A stretch of 48,925 nt of DNA from a virus (taxonomy: Duplodnaviria; Caudoviricetes), in IMG/VR virus record IMGVR_UViG_3300037721_000067, positions 1-48,925 of that record. The stretch is one strand, 5' to 3'. Under the pieces are notes generated by a model that was not told the origin of the DNA, made no database searches, and saw only the letters and a list, made by a program, of their open reading frames with translations. Below, in pieces: positions 1-9,497 of the stretch. Numbering within the stretch: position 1 is the first letter of the stretch; every line of letters begins with the position of its first letter. The position numbers and the translations under genes were made by a program.

Positions 1-61
1 CACCCGGGTACGCCTCGGCCAGGGTGCGCAGGTGGTACTGGCGACGATGTTCGGAGTGCAT
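1..61 (-). CDS. Hypothetical protein, 5' end only (MHSEHRRQYHLRTLAEAYPG...)
   Basis: ATG at 61 preceded by GAAAGGG; runs off the window edge. Confidence 0.45.
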   Translation of the reverse strand, partial: MHSEHRRQYHLRTLAEAYPG

Positions 62-154
62 CGGGTGCCCTTTCCGATGGCGGACGGTTCCAGGGTCGCC
101 CGCGGTGACCGCGACGTTACGCGCGTAGCGGCGAGGTGGTCAACGGTCCAGGGG

Positions 155-568
155 TCATTTCCGCTGGATGACGGGCGGACGCGGCGGTGGCAGCGTGAAG
201 GGGATCTCCCCGGCTTTGATCCGGGCGGTGGTGCAGGTCGGGCACACCTGGAACCGGGGGTGGCCGCGGGGCGCGCGGGTGATGACCGCCGCCCGGTCCA
301 GCCACCACTCGCGGGCCTTGTCCAGGGTCTCGGCCTGGATCCACGGCGACCGCTTCCACCGTTCCGGGTGGTCGGCGATGTCCAGCGGGTCGACCAGGTG
401 GACGACCAGGCCGCGGACGCACCTGCGCCGCGGGTCGCCGCCCACGGACTCGCAGGCCACGCACACGACGTCACCCGGCCGGGCCGGGTCGGGGACGGTG
501 GGATGCCCGCCCGCATACGTCAACTCTGGTAGTGCGATGACGGGTAGGTCACCTCTAGCGCCGGTCAC
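155..568 (-). CDS. Hypothetical protein with two CxxC pairs (putative Zn-binding)
   Basis: C-terminal part of ORF 155..1288: CVAC...CPTC; start uncertain (GTG at 568 chosen). Confidence 0.5.
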   Translation of the reverse strand: MTGARGDLPVIALPELTYAGGHPTVPDPARPGDVVCVACESVGGDPRRRCVRGLVVHLVDPLDIADHPERWKRSPWIQAETLDKAREWWLDRAAVITRAPRGHPRFQVCPTCTTARIKAGEIPFTLPPPRPPVIQRK

Positions 569-615
569 AGACGATCTGTACCTTTCCGGGTGGGGTGCAA
601 TTGAATGGGCCGCAA

Positions 616-655
616 GCACCCCTCCGGCTGGGATGACGACCACCCGGAGGGGTGC
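616..655. terminator. Inverted repeat/terminator after ORF 661..1788
   Basis: GCACCCCTCCGG...CCGGAGGGGTGC perfect 12-bp stem directly after the stop codon. Confidence 0.65.
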
Positions 656-660
656 CCGGT

Positions 661-1788
661 TCAGGCGGCGACCCTCACCGGCTGCCGGACCTCGTATTTG
701 GTGGACGTGTAGAACGCCCGCCCGCCGTACAGGTACGGGGTGTCGCCGGGGTGGTCGACCACCCACACCTCCCACCCGCGGTTGCCTGCCCGTATCACCC
801 GGCCCGTCGGCCGCGGGTTGTCGACCACCTGCACGTACCTCGCGGTGACCGGCAGACCGGACCGTTTCACGAGCCGGACCCACTGGCCGATCTCCAGCTG
901 GGACAGGGTCAACCGTTCCGGGCGGATCCTGCGCCGCCGGTCCTGCTCCTCCCAGCGGGCCAGCGCGTCGCGGCCGGACTCGGTCACCCGGTACCGGCAG
1001 CGGCGGGTGCCGTCGATCTGCCCGGCCCGGACGATCCACTGGCGGGTGATGCACTGCTGGACCACGGCGCTGTCCTGCTCCGCCATGTCCATGCCGTGCG
1101 GGTGGCGCAGGCCGTGGATCAGCACTTCGCTCTGCCGGTCCGAGGGGATGACCAGGTCGGTGGTGACGGTGGCCCGGTGCCGGGCCAGTTCGCTGCGGCC
1201 GGTGCCGGTGAGCCGGTACCTGCCACCGGCGTACCGGACCAGTCCCCAGTAGAGCGACACCCGCAGGCTGGTGGCGGTGCCGGGCCACGTCGTCGTCCCG
1301 CCGTCCGCGCCGAGCGCGGCCAGGGCGGCGGCGTCGGTCGAGGACAGGGGCAACGGTTTGTTCTCGGCCCCGCGGGTGACCGCGACCCCGGGCAGGGTGG
1401 CCCGCACGGTGCAGGCCACGTCCGGGCCGGTGGGCCTGCCGTCCGCGTTCAGGTGGACGACCAGCCGGGCTCGGTGCAGGCGCTGCCGCGACGCCGCGTC
1501 GACGCGGCGCGCGGCTGTTCCCTGCGGCCCCGCGGCAACGACGGCGGCGAGGTCGGTCAGATCCGCGGCGGTCAGCCGCAGGGTGTCGAGTCGCCGGAAC
1601 CTGCCCTGCTCGATCGTCCGCAGGTAGGCGTCGACCAGCCGGGGGTACGGGGGCGGGTCGTCACGGCCGAGCCGGTGCCGCGCGTCGAGGATCGCGGCGT
1701 GGTGCTCGGCGGTGCTCGCAGCCTGGATGATCCGCTCCCACTTCGCGCGGGCGGTCTTCATGGCGCGGTCGTCGTCAGGGGAACCCAC
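661..1788 (-). CDS. Hypothetical protein with repeated winged-helix-like C-terminal motifs
   Basis: 375 aa; RBS GAGGAAGGG; YRLTGTGRSEL and YRVTESGRDAL resemble wHTH wing/last helix; own conserved promoter. Confidence 0.7.
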   Translation of the reverse strand: MGSPDDDRAMKTARAKWERIIQAASTAEHHAAILDARHRLGRDDPPPYPRLVDAYLRTIEQGRFRRLDTLRLTAADLTDLAAVVAAGPQGTAARRVDAASRQRLHRARLVVHLNADGRPTGPDVACTVRATLPGVAVTRGAENKPLPLSSTDAAALAALGADGGTTTWPGTATSLRVSLYWGLVRYAGGRYRLTGTGRSELARHRATVTTDLVIPSDRQSEVLIHGLRHPHGMDMAEQDSAVVQQCITRQWIVRAGQIDGTRRCRYRVTESGRDALARWEEQDRRRRIRPERLTLSQLEIGQWVRLVKRSGLPVTARYVQVVDNPRPTGRVIRAGNRGWEVWVVDHPGDTPYLYGGRAFYTSTKYEVRQPVRVAA

Positions 1789-1846
1789 GGGTTGAATCGT
1801 TCCCTTCCTCGCCAGGGTCCCCCCGGGTCGGGGGACTACTGTGCGG

Positions 1847-1891
1847 AAGGTACCCGGGTCTTCTGAACCTGGTCAACACGGCGGGGGTTAA
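1847..1891 (-). promoter_or_regulatory. Conserved extended promoter (copy P9)
   Basis: TTAACCCCCGCCGTG-TTGACC-18 nt-TACCTT on the minus strand. Confidence 0.7.
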
Positions 1892-1969
1892 GTCGTGCCA
1901 ATCTGAGCGCGCGGATTAGGGCAGTCTTAGCGCAGAGGACACGGGCGGTGTTCTCAGGGTAATGTCGGC

Positions 1970-2515
1970 CGGTCCCCGTCATTGACGTTCCGATGACAGC
2001 GGGTCACCGTGGAGAGCGCCGAGACGTCCTTCGATGGAAGGCGCGGCGACGGAGGGGGACAGGTTTTCAAAGGTGCCTGCCCAGCGCCCCTGCCCCCCGC
2101 CGTCGCCGCTCCACCCCCCGAGCGAAAGGCTCGGCAACCGCAGACCCCGATGTCCGCGGGTGAGTCCAGACAGAGTCCGCCCGTCGTTTCCGCGGGCCGG
2201 GCCGAATGCTGTGATCCCACACGCTACACGTCCAGGACCCGCCACGACCGGCCAAACGGTCGCGCCGGACGGGCGGTTCCGGTGTGCCCGACCGGCCAGG
2301 CCGGGTGGCACGTTAAGCCAGCTCACGGCAGCACTGCCGCGAAGTTGCCAGGGGCAAGCATCGCACCCCACACTCCCAGACGGGTACGCGGCCTGCCTGG
2401 GACCGGGAGACCGCGCCACCTTGGGGGGTCCGCCGTCCCGGCTCCGGCCGACCGCAACACGAAGGCGGGACGGCGGACGAACCCCACACCTCGGTCCCAC
2501 CCGGTCCACCCCTGA
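1970..2515 (+). ncRNA. Candidate large structured non-coding RNA or structured leader
   Basis: No credible ORF; nested stems 2043-52/2100-09, 2118-34, 2177-85/2268-76, 2398-2407/2490-99, 2428-40/2466-78; TAATGT -10-like box at 1960-65; strand and ends uncertain. Confidence 0.4.
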
Positions 2516-2529
2516 GGAAGACACACCCC

Positions 2530-3075
2530 ATGACCCGTACCCGCAAGATCACCCTCGCCGTATACCTGACCACGGTCGTCCTGACCGCAGGCTGCGGCGC
2601 ACCCACCGACGACGTCACCGTGAGTGGCGGCCGTGCCAGCGTGGACGCCACCGCCGAGCCCGCCCCGCCCGCCAAGACGGCCAAGGTCGGCGGCTCTCTG
2701 ACCGTCGACCACGGCGACAACGCCGCCACCTGGACGCTGGTCGAGGTCCGCCGCGACAAACGCGACGACTTCAACCCCGCCCCGTCCGGGCAGTTCATCT
2801 GCGCCCGGCTGAAGGTCACCGGCACCGAGGGCGAGACGTTCGTCAGCCCCTGGTCGGACCTGACCGTGGTCACCGCGACCGGCCGGGTCGTCGAGCAGAC
2901 ATTGGGGTTCTTCGGCAAACGCAAGGCCCTGCCCAGCCTCGACATCCGCAAGGGCCAGAACGCCGAGGGCTGGGTGTTCTTCGACGTGTCGGCCGCCGAC
3001 GCGAAGGGCGCGAAACTCCAGCTCAAACAGTTCTCGCTGTTCGGCGACGACCCGGTGGGTTACTGGCAGCTCTGA
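2530..3075 (+). CDS. Lipoprotein, DUF4352-like Ig-fold (possible superinfection exclusion)
   Basis: Signal peptide with lipobox LTAG-C; beta-rich body ending in GQNAEGWVFFDV; RBS GAGGA. Confidence 0.75.
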   Translation: MTRTRKITLAVYLTTVVLTAGCGAPTDDVTVSGGRASVDATAEPAPPAKTAKVGGSLTVDHGDNAATWTLVEVRRDKRDDFNPAPSGQFICARLKVTGTEGETFVSPWSDLTVVTATGRVVEQTLGFFGKRKALPSLDIRKGQNAEGWVFFDVSAADAKGAKLQLKQFSLFGDDPVGYWQL

Positions 3076-3165
3076 CCCCCGGGCCCGGCACCGGTTGGAA
3101 TCCAGGTGCCTGCGCAGGACGGCTCGCCCTTCCGCTGCAACGGAAAGGGCGGGCCGTTCGCGTGT

Positions 3166-3978
3166 CTACCGGTACCGCTGGATCTCCATCTGCGACCCGG
3201 CCCAGAACGACCCCGCCCCGGCCGCCGCGACAAGCCCCGCCTGCAACTGCACGGTGCCCGCGGTGGTCCCCATCGTCACCAGGCTGTCCTCCCAGTGCAC
3301 GGTGAAGTCGTTACCCGGCGCGGCCCCCCCGAACGTGCCGATGCCCGCGTCGGTGCCCTGCGACCGGCGGACCGACTGGAGCTGGTTGGACGTCACGTTC
3401 GACCCGGTCGCCGTGCTCGGGATCCCCAGGATGTGCCGGGTCATCGACGCCCCCGCGGGCACCGTCCACCGGATCTTCACGTCTGACCCCAGCGGCCCGC
3501 CCACGGCGACCCGTGCCCGGATCATGTACTGGGCGCGCGGCGCGCCGTAGATCGCGAACCCGGTCATGTCCGCGTAGGTGGTCGACGACAGCACGATCGT
3601 CGACGGGGCGATGTACAGGTACGGGCGGCCGATCGCCTCCAACGCCACCGACGGCGGGAAGTCCGCGCCGAGGAACCCGACCACGTGGTTACCCGCGGGC
3701 GGGGAGATCAACCCCATCACCCGCGCATCGGTCGGCAGGCGGCCGATGATGGACACCGCGTCGACCTGGACGGTGTCCCCGTCGTACACGATGCGGGTCT
3801 GACCGGACGGGCCGGGCGCGGCGACCGTCGCCGGGCGGAGCCGCCACACCAGGCCGAGTTCCTCCGCCCGTGCCTGGATCGCGCGGGCGATGTCCCCGAT
3901 CGGCAGGTCGGCGTAGTTCGCCACCCACCGGTCGGTCTGGAACGCGGCGTCAATGCGGCGGTCGGCGGCCGGGCTCAC
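3166..3978 (-). CDS. Minor tail protein
   Basis: Last gene of the tail operon, overlapping the upstream stop; Gly/Thr-rich beta C-terminus. Confidence 0.7.
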   Translation of the reverse strand: MSPAADRRIDAAFQTDRWVANYADLPIGDIARAIQARAEELGLVWRLRPATVAAPGPSGQTRIVYDGDTVQVDAVSIIGRLPTDARVMGLISPPAGNHVVGFLGADFPPSVALEAIGRPYLYIAPSTIVLSSTTYADMTGFAIYGAPRAQYMIRARVAVGGPLGSDVKIRWTVPAGASMTRHILGIPSTATGSNVTSNQLQSVRRSQGTDAGIGTFGGAAPGNDFTVHWEDSLVTMGTTAGTVQLQAGLVAAAGAGSFWAGSQMEIQRYR

Positions 3979-5090
3979 AGCAGCACGTCCTCACTGGACG
4001 GCGGGAATGCCCGCCGCAGTTTGTGCCTCATGTCCCCGCCCGGGGTCAGCGGCAGCGTCCATCCGGTCTCCAGCCACAACCGGCCGTCCCAGCGGATCAC
4101 CTGGTAGCCGTCGTGCCGCGGGTCCGGCGGGGTCGACAGTTCCACCCGCTGGTACACGTCGCGCTGGCGGCCCAGGGTGCGGGCGTAGATGCCCGCGGCG
4201 GTGTGGGTGGTGACCTGCGCCTCCAGGACCTGCGACAGGACGAACCCGCGCTGGGCGATCGAGTGCGGGGCCGACGACGGCACGTCGTACACGCCGACCA
4301 CGGGCGGCGGTGCCGCCTCTTCCTCCCCGTCGGTGGAGTAGCTGCCGCCGATGTTGTTCGACACCACCACGTACCGGTTCGGCGCGGACAGCAGGTCGTC
4401 GGACTCGGCGATGGATCCCGCGTACACCCGGGGCGGGTCGTCCAGGTCGATGTCCGCGATCTGCCCGCCCGGCTCGAACGCGCGGATCGCGCGGAGCTGG
4501 TTGAGGTGGTTGAACCACGGCTTGAACAGGCCGCCCACGGTGGCCAGTTCGGTCAGGGCGGAGCCGCGGGACGACCCGGACCCCCAACTGTTGGTCGACG
4601 ACTGGGAGGTGGAATCGATGTAGATCTCCCCGATGGGCAGCCCATCGAGCAGGCGACGGATCGCCACGTCCACCGACTGACCGAGCGCGTTGAACCCCTG
4701 CTCCATGTCCTGGTCCACGATGAACATCTCGTCGAACAGCGTCGCCGCGGTGATGGTGCCCTGGGAGAACCGGGCACCGGTCTTGTCGGCGAACATGTAC
4801 CGGCCCAGCGGGAACTCCGTCCGGCCGGTGTCGCCCAGGATCATCGTGATGGCCACCCGGTCGGTCAGCGGGTTGATAGCCGCGCTGTCGGCCACGCCGA
4901 GGGTGAACGACTGCACCCGGCGGGAGATCGTCGCCGACGTGTCGTGTTCCAGGGTCGGCGGGCTGTCGGCCAGGGGAGTGACGGTGCCCAGGTGCATGCC
5001 GGACGCGCCATCGACCAGATCGAACCGGAACGAGGAGCCGACCTGACCGATGAAGATCGGCAGGTTCAAAAGGTCGTCTGTTCCGAGCAC
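3975..5090 (-). CDS. Minor tail protein (baseplate hub-like)
   Basis: C-terminal 371 aa of ORF 3975..6164, GTG start at 5090; FPLGRYMF and PNRYVVV motifs typical of actinophage minor tails. Confidence 0.75.
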   Translation of the reverse strand: MLGTDDLLNLPIFIGQVGSSFRFDLVDGASGMHLGTVTPLADSPPTLEHDTSATISRRVQSFTLGVADSAAINPLTDRVAITMILGDTGRTEFPLGRYMFADKTGARFSQGTITAATLFDEMFIVDQDMEQGFNALGQSVDVAIRRLLDGLPIGEIYIDSTSQSSTNSWGSGSSRGSALTELATVGGLFKPWFNHLNQLRAIRAFEPGGQIADIDLDDPPRVYAGSIAESDDLLSAPNRYVVVSNNIGGSYSTDGEEEAAPPPVVGVYDVPSSAPHSIAQRGFVLSQVLEAQVTTHTAAGIYARTLGRQRDVYQRVELSTPPDPRHDGYQVIRWDGRLWLETGWTLPLTPGGDMRHKLRRAFPPSSEDVLL

Positions 5091-8000
5091 AGCGCGGACC
5101 CCCCGTCGCCGACGAACACATTGCCCTGGTCGTCCTCGAACGACGTCGTCCCGGGCGGCTGGATCGCGAAGTTCGGGGAGTACAACAGCTGCCCGTCCAC
5201 GCGGACCTCCACCTTGTGGATCCACACCCCCTCGGCGGGCTCCCTCGCCTCGACCTCCATCGTCGCGTCGACCGGCTGCGGCGGCACCCCTGCGGGTGTG
5301 GTGCCGTACTGGGAGATCTTCAGCGTCCACAACGATCCGTCGTCGCTGGTGTAGATCCGCAGCAGGCCCAGCCCGGTGCCGTCGTCGGTGACGTAGTTGA
5401 ACCGCACCCACATCAACCGGTTCTTGTACATCTCCAGCGGGGTGACGTCGGCGACGTTGATGGGCGCATATTCGGCCCCGTAGTTGTACCAGCGCAGCGA
5501 TTGCCCGGACAGTTCCGCCGACCATTCCCCGGTGAATTCGATCGCGGAGTTGAATGAGAACGCATCCCACGACACCGACCATTCGTCGGCGATGGGCCTG
5601 ATCAGGAACCGCACGTCGAACTCTGTCGGCAGTGCGTACAGTTCCAGGTTGTCGTACTGCACGGCCAGGGCGGCGTTGGTGTTGCCGGTGTTGCGGAACA
5701 GGCGCAGCCCGTACAGGCCGCCACCTGTCTGCGGCATCTGGGACAGCTCGTCGCCGATGACCGACCCGGCCCCGACATTGTTGTGCGGCGGGTCCGGGTC
5801 GCCGACGCGCCACACTCTGCCGTCGAGGGCGAACCCCTGGGCGATGGTGTCCATGTTGATGACGGTGCCGGGGGCGTAGGTGCCGGACACGTCGTTCAGC
5901 GACCAGGTGTAGTCGAAGTTCGCGACGCGGCCCACGATCGCGCAGTCCATCGACGCGTCGGTGTGGCAGATCAGGTCGGTGCGGTAGTAGTCGATGCCGT
6001 CGGTGGTGACCGCAGCCACGTCGTCGTATTCCAGCTGCATCGTGACGTTGGTGATGGTGGCGTCTTTCTCCCCGACGAGCCCGAAGTAGGTGTTGGTGGT
6101 GACCTTCGCCGCCACGTCCTGGTCGATGCCCCAGGTGCCCGGTTCCGCGCCGCCGCTGGTCCACGCCCGCGCCTGGACGCGGTACCCGTTCATCCGGACC
6201 CGGACGGCGACCGCCCCGGACGAGGCGACCCCGGACCCGGCGGACGCGGACAGGCCGACCTCGTTGCCGCCTTCGACCATCGCGATGATGAAAAAGATGT
6301 TCCCGCCGACGGGGAAGAACACCTTCAGCGAGGCGCGGGTCAGACCGTCCGCGGACCGGCCCAGCTCGATCTCCGCGACGACCGCGCCGGTGCCGGTGGG
6401 GGCCGCGTTCAACCCGATCCGGCCGATGGTGAACTCGGCGCAGTTACGGCCGTAGTTGAAGAACGCCAGCTTGCGGCCCGTGCTCGAGAGATTGATCCGG
6501 CCGCGGGTGCCGGTGGTGGAGAACAGCGACGCGTCGGAGTGCTGCCAGATCTGCCCGGTGGTGGCGGTGCCCCAGCCGGGGGAGGTGGTCCGGTTGAAGT
6601 TGTCGGAGAACGCAATCTGGTTCTGGGTGTGGAACATCTGCGACACCACGTAGTCCGCGCCGGTCGCGACCGCGGGCAGGACGACCTGGGTCAGGGCGCG
6701 GTAGAAGTCGCGGACCCCGGACAGGCGGGCGTTGAGCCCGGCGTTCGCGGCGGTGGCGGTGAGCACGCCGCGGGTGCCGTTGACCGACGAGTTGGCGGCG
6801 GAGGACAGGGTGTACGTCTCGCCGGTGTCGGCGGCACCCCAGCCCCCGGCGACCACCCGGGTGAAGGTGTCCTGGACGTCCAGGACCCCTTGGAGGATGT
6901 TGGCCCCGGCGGTGGTGCGCCACTTGTCGAAGTTGTCCCGGCCGCGCAGGATCAGCCCTTCACAGTCGGGGGTGTAGTCGATCGGGGCCGGGGTGTGCGT
7001 GACCTCCGCGAACAGTGTCTGGGCGAGCATCAGGTGCCCGGCCGACGGTACGTCGCGGACGTTGCCCGACGGCACGGACACCGCGGTCAGCCACCGGTTC
7101 GACTGCTCGTCGCGGACGCACACGTATGGGACGGTGTCCCACGCCAGGTCCCGCAGCCCGCTGAAACCGTCGGAGAGGGTCTGCGGGGGCACCCCGAGGG
7201 CGTTGACCACCAGGACCCGGGAGAACTCCACACCGCCGCGTTCCAGGGGCCTGAACGCCACCCGGTAGTCGCGCTGGTACATCTGCTGGAGCACGAGCTG
7301 GCTGGACTCGACAAATGTGAAATCCTGCGGGGGCACGCCGGTGCCGTCCCACACCATGACGTGCGCGACGTTCGCGGCCGGATTGTGGTTGGTGGTCAGC
7401 ACCAGCACCGACGCGCCGACGTGGTCCCCGGTGACGCCGGGCGCGGCGACGGTCGCGGTCACGGTGGCCGACCAGTCCGAGGTGTACCCGTCGACGTGGA
7501 CGAACCGGACCCGGTAGGAGGACTGGACGCCGATGCGGGCCTCGTAGTCCGAGAACGCCCCCTGCGACACGTCGGAGACGGTGGCGACGGTCTCCCACAG
7601 ATCCGGGTCCATGGTGGTGTCGCGGCGCTGCACCTCGTAGTAGGCGAACCCGGCGACGGCGACGCTGTTGTCCGGGGTCCAGGTCACGGTCACGTAGGTG
7701 ATGCCGGTGGGGACGCCGCAGATCGGCAGGGTGCAGTGCTCATCGACCAGGGACAGGGCCTGCACCGCGGTGCCCGCTTCGACGTCGGCGATGACCGGCA
7801 TGGCCTGCACGAGCATGACGGTCAGGTCGGCGGTGTAGTCGTCGTTGTCGTCGATCCGGGCCACGGCTGTGGTGCCGCCGTAGGTGGGGACGGCGATGTC
7901 CTGGGTGGCGATGTCGAACGGGTTCGCGTCCGCGCCGAGGATCTCCCACGGCGCGCCCCGGTCCGCGGAGGAGTCGAACGTGATGTAGATCAGCCCGGCC

Positions 8001-9496
8001 CCGGTGGCGATCAGCGGGCTGTCGAACTCCAGGGTGACCTGCCGCCACCCGTCGTTGATCTCCGGCAGGTCGATCAGCTGCTGGACGGTCATCGTGGCCT
8101 CGGGGCCGATGGTGAACCCTGCCAGGTTGACCTGGCGGACGGTCATCTCCGCGACGGTGGCGGGCTGCACCCGCGCGTAGAACCGCACGAACGGGTACTC
8201 GGTGCCCGCGGTGACGTCGTCCACGATCCGGGCCTGGATCTCGTCGTCGAAGATCAACTCGGCGGTGGGGGCGCTGACCGCGTCGATGTAGGTCTGTGAC
8301 CCGACGATGATGGTCGACGCGGACGGCGACCCGGCCGAGGAGTACAGGGCCAGCGCGGGGAACTCGTCGGTGATCTCCCTGGTCCACACCTCCCCCTCGC
8401 GCAGCGTGCGGCGGATGACGATGCCCTCGTGCGGGCCGTACACCGCGCCCTGGCTGAGCCGGTCCACCGACAGCGGCACCGGGTAGGCGACCGACAGGGC
8501 ACCGCAATACCCCTGGGCCACCACGATGTCGTAGAAGTAGCCCTGCCCTGCGAACGCGTCGAACCCCCACGAGAACACCGACCCGATCGGCACGTCGTAG
8601 GTGAACATGTCGTTGCGGATCACCGCGCCGGGGGTGAGCTCCAGGCCGCCGCCGCCGTCGCGGTCCTCGTTGCAGTAGGTGACCTCCAGGGCGACGTACT
8701 GGATGCGGAACTCGGCCCCGGCCGCACCCGCGGAGGTGTAGAACTTGACGTCGATGTTCGACCCGCCGGACGCGGCGAGCTGGGTCAGGCCGACGTGGTT
8801 GCTGCTGCCCGCCGCGTACACCCAGGGGGCGCGTTCGTAGTTGGCGTCCGGGTTCACCGCGGTGGACCAGAACGGGTTGAGGTCCCCGAGCCGGGAGCGG
8901 TGCGGGACCACGTTGTCGTACTGGTTGACCGGACCGATCAGGGCGTTGTCCATGTCGAACGTGACCGTCACCGACGGGCGTTCCAGGGCGAGGATCAACC
9001 CGTTGGGCAGGGTGTCGAACGGGCCGGTGACCGCGTACCGGACGGTGACGTCGAGGATCCGGGACTGGGACAGGGCCCGGGACACGCGGGTGGCGTTGGT
9101 GTCGAACCACAACCGGATCGACGCAGACGCACCGGTCAGTGAGGTGTAGGCGACGTCGGACGGGTTTCGCACACAGTCCGCGACGGTCGCGCCGCCGACA
9201 TTCGCGGCACCGGCCACCAGCGAGCCGGACGCGACGGGGATGGTCAGGGTCCGCACCGCCCCGGTCGACGGGGCGTCGCTGTGCGGGTACATGTTCACGG
9301 CCAGGCACTTGCGCAGGGCTTGCCCGGGTGGCGGTTCGGTGGTCAGCACCCGGCACAGCTGGATGTTCGAGCCGACCTGCTGGGGGGTGAACTTGTAGCC
9401 GATCTCCGTGGCGGTGTCGAGGAGCACCTTGGACGTGACCAGGGGCGGGAACTCCATACCGAGGACCGTCGGGTGGTACTGGTTGTATTCGCCCAT
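5066..9496 (-). CDS. Large minor tail protein with FN3-like and lectin-like modules
   Basis: 1476 aa directly after the tape measure; YEVQRRD...YRVRFV FN3-like segment; two DxFxRxxxxGWG repeats. Confidence 0.8.
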   Translation of the reverse strand: MGEYNQYHPTVLGMEFPPLVTSKVLLDTATEIGYKFTPQQVGSNIQLCRVLTTEPPPGQALRKCLAVNMYPHSDAPSTGAVRTLTIPVASGSLVAGAANVGGATVADCVRNPSDVAYTSLTGASASIRLWFDTNATRVSRALSQSRILDVTVRYAVTGPFDTLPNGLILALERPSVTVTFDMDNALIGPVNQYDNVVPHRSRLGDLNPFWSTAVNPDANYERAPWVYAAGSSNHVGLTQLAASGGSNIDVKFYTSAGAAGAEFRIQYVALEVTYCNEDRDGGGGLELTPGAVIRNDMFTYDVPIGSVFSWGFDAFAGQGYFYDIVVAQGYCGALSVAYPVPLSVDRLSQGAVYGPHEGIVIRRTLREGEVWTREITDEFPALALYSSAGSPSASTIIVGSQTYIDAVSAPTAELIFDDEIQARIVDDVTAGTEYPFVRFYARVQPATVAEMTVRQVNLAGFTIGPEATMTVQQLIDLPEINDGWRQVTLEFDSPLIATGAGLIYITFDSSADRGAPWEILGADANPFDIATQDIAVPTYGGTTAVARIDDNDDYTADLTVMLVQAMPVIADVEAGTAVQALSLVDEHCTLPICGVPTGITYVTVTWTPDNSVAVAGFAYYEVQRRDTTMDPDLWETVATVSDVSQGAFSDYEARIGVQSSYRVRFVHVDGYTSDWSATVTATVAAPGVTGDHVGASVLVLTTNHNPAANVAHVMVWDGTGVPPQDFTFVESSQLVLQQMYQRDYRVAFRPLERGGVEFSRVLVVNALGVPPQTLSDGFSGLRDLAWDTVPYVCVRDEQSNRWLTAVSVPSGNVRDVPSAGHLMLAQTLFAEVTHTPAPIDYTPDCEGLILRGRDNFDKWRTTAGANILQGVLDVQDTFTRVVAGGWGAADTGETYTLSSAANSSVNGTRGVLTATAANAGLNARLSGVRDFYRALTQVVLPAVATGADYVVSQMFHTQNQIAFSDNFNRTTSPGWGTATTGQIWQHSDASLFSTTGTRGRINLSSTGRKLAFFNYGRNCAEFTIGRIGLNAAPTGTGAVVAEIELGRSADGLTRASLKVFFPVGGNIFFIIAMVEGGNEVGLSASAGSGVASSGAVAVRVRMNGYRVQARAWTSGGAEPGTWGIDQDVAAKVTTNTYFGLVGEKDATITNVTMQLEYDDVAAVTTDGIDYYRTDLICHTDASMDCAIVGRVANFDYTWSLNDVSGTYAPGTVINMDTIAQGFALDGRVWRVGDPDPPHNNVGAGSVIGDELSQMPQTGGGLYGLRLFRNTGNTNAALAVQYDNLELYALPTEFDVRFLIRPIADEWSVSWDAFSFNSAIEFTGEWSAELSGQSLRWYNYGAEYAPINVADVTPLEMYKNRLMWVRFNYVTDDGTGLGLLRIYTSDDGSLWTLKISQYGTTPAGVPPQPVDATMEVEAREPAEGVWIHKVEVRVDGQLLYSPNFAIQPPGTTSFEDDQGNVFVGDGGSALCSEQTTF

Positions 9497-9497
9497 G

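Noticed and set aside
1970-2515. tmRNA, RNase P RNA, tRNA or group I/II intron identity for the structured region
   Set aside because: I could not find their diagnostic motifs (tRNA-like ends, GAGGAAAGUCC, domain V, P7)
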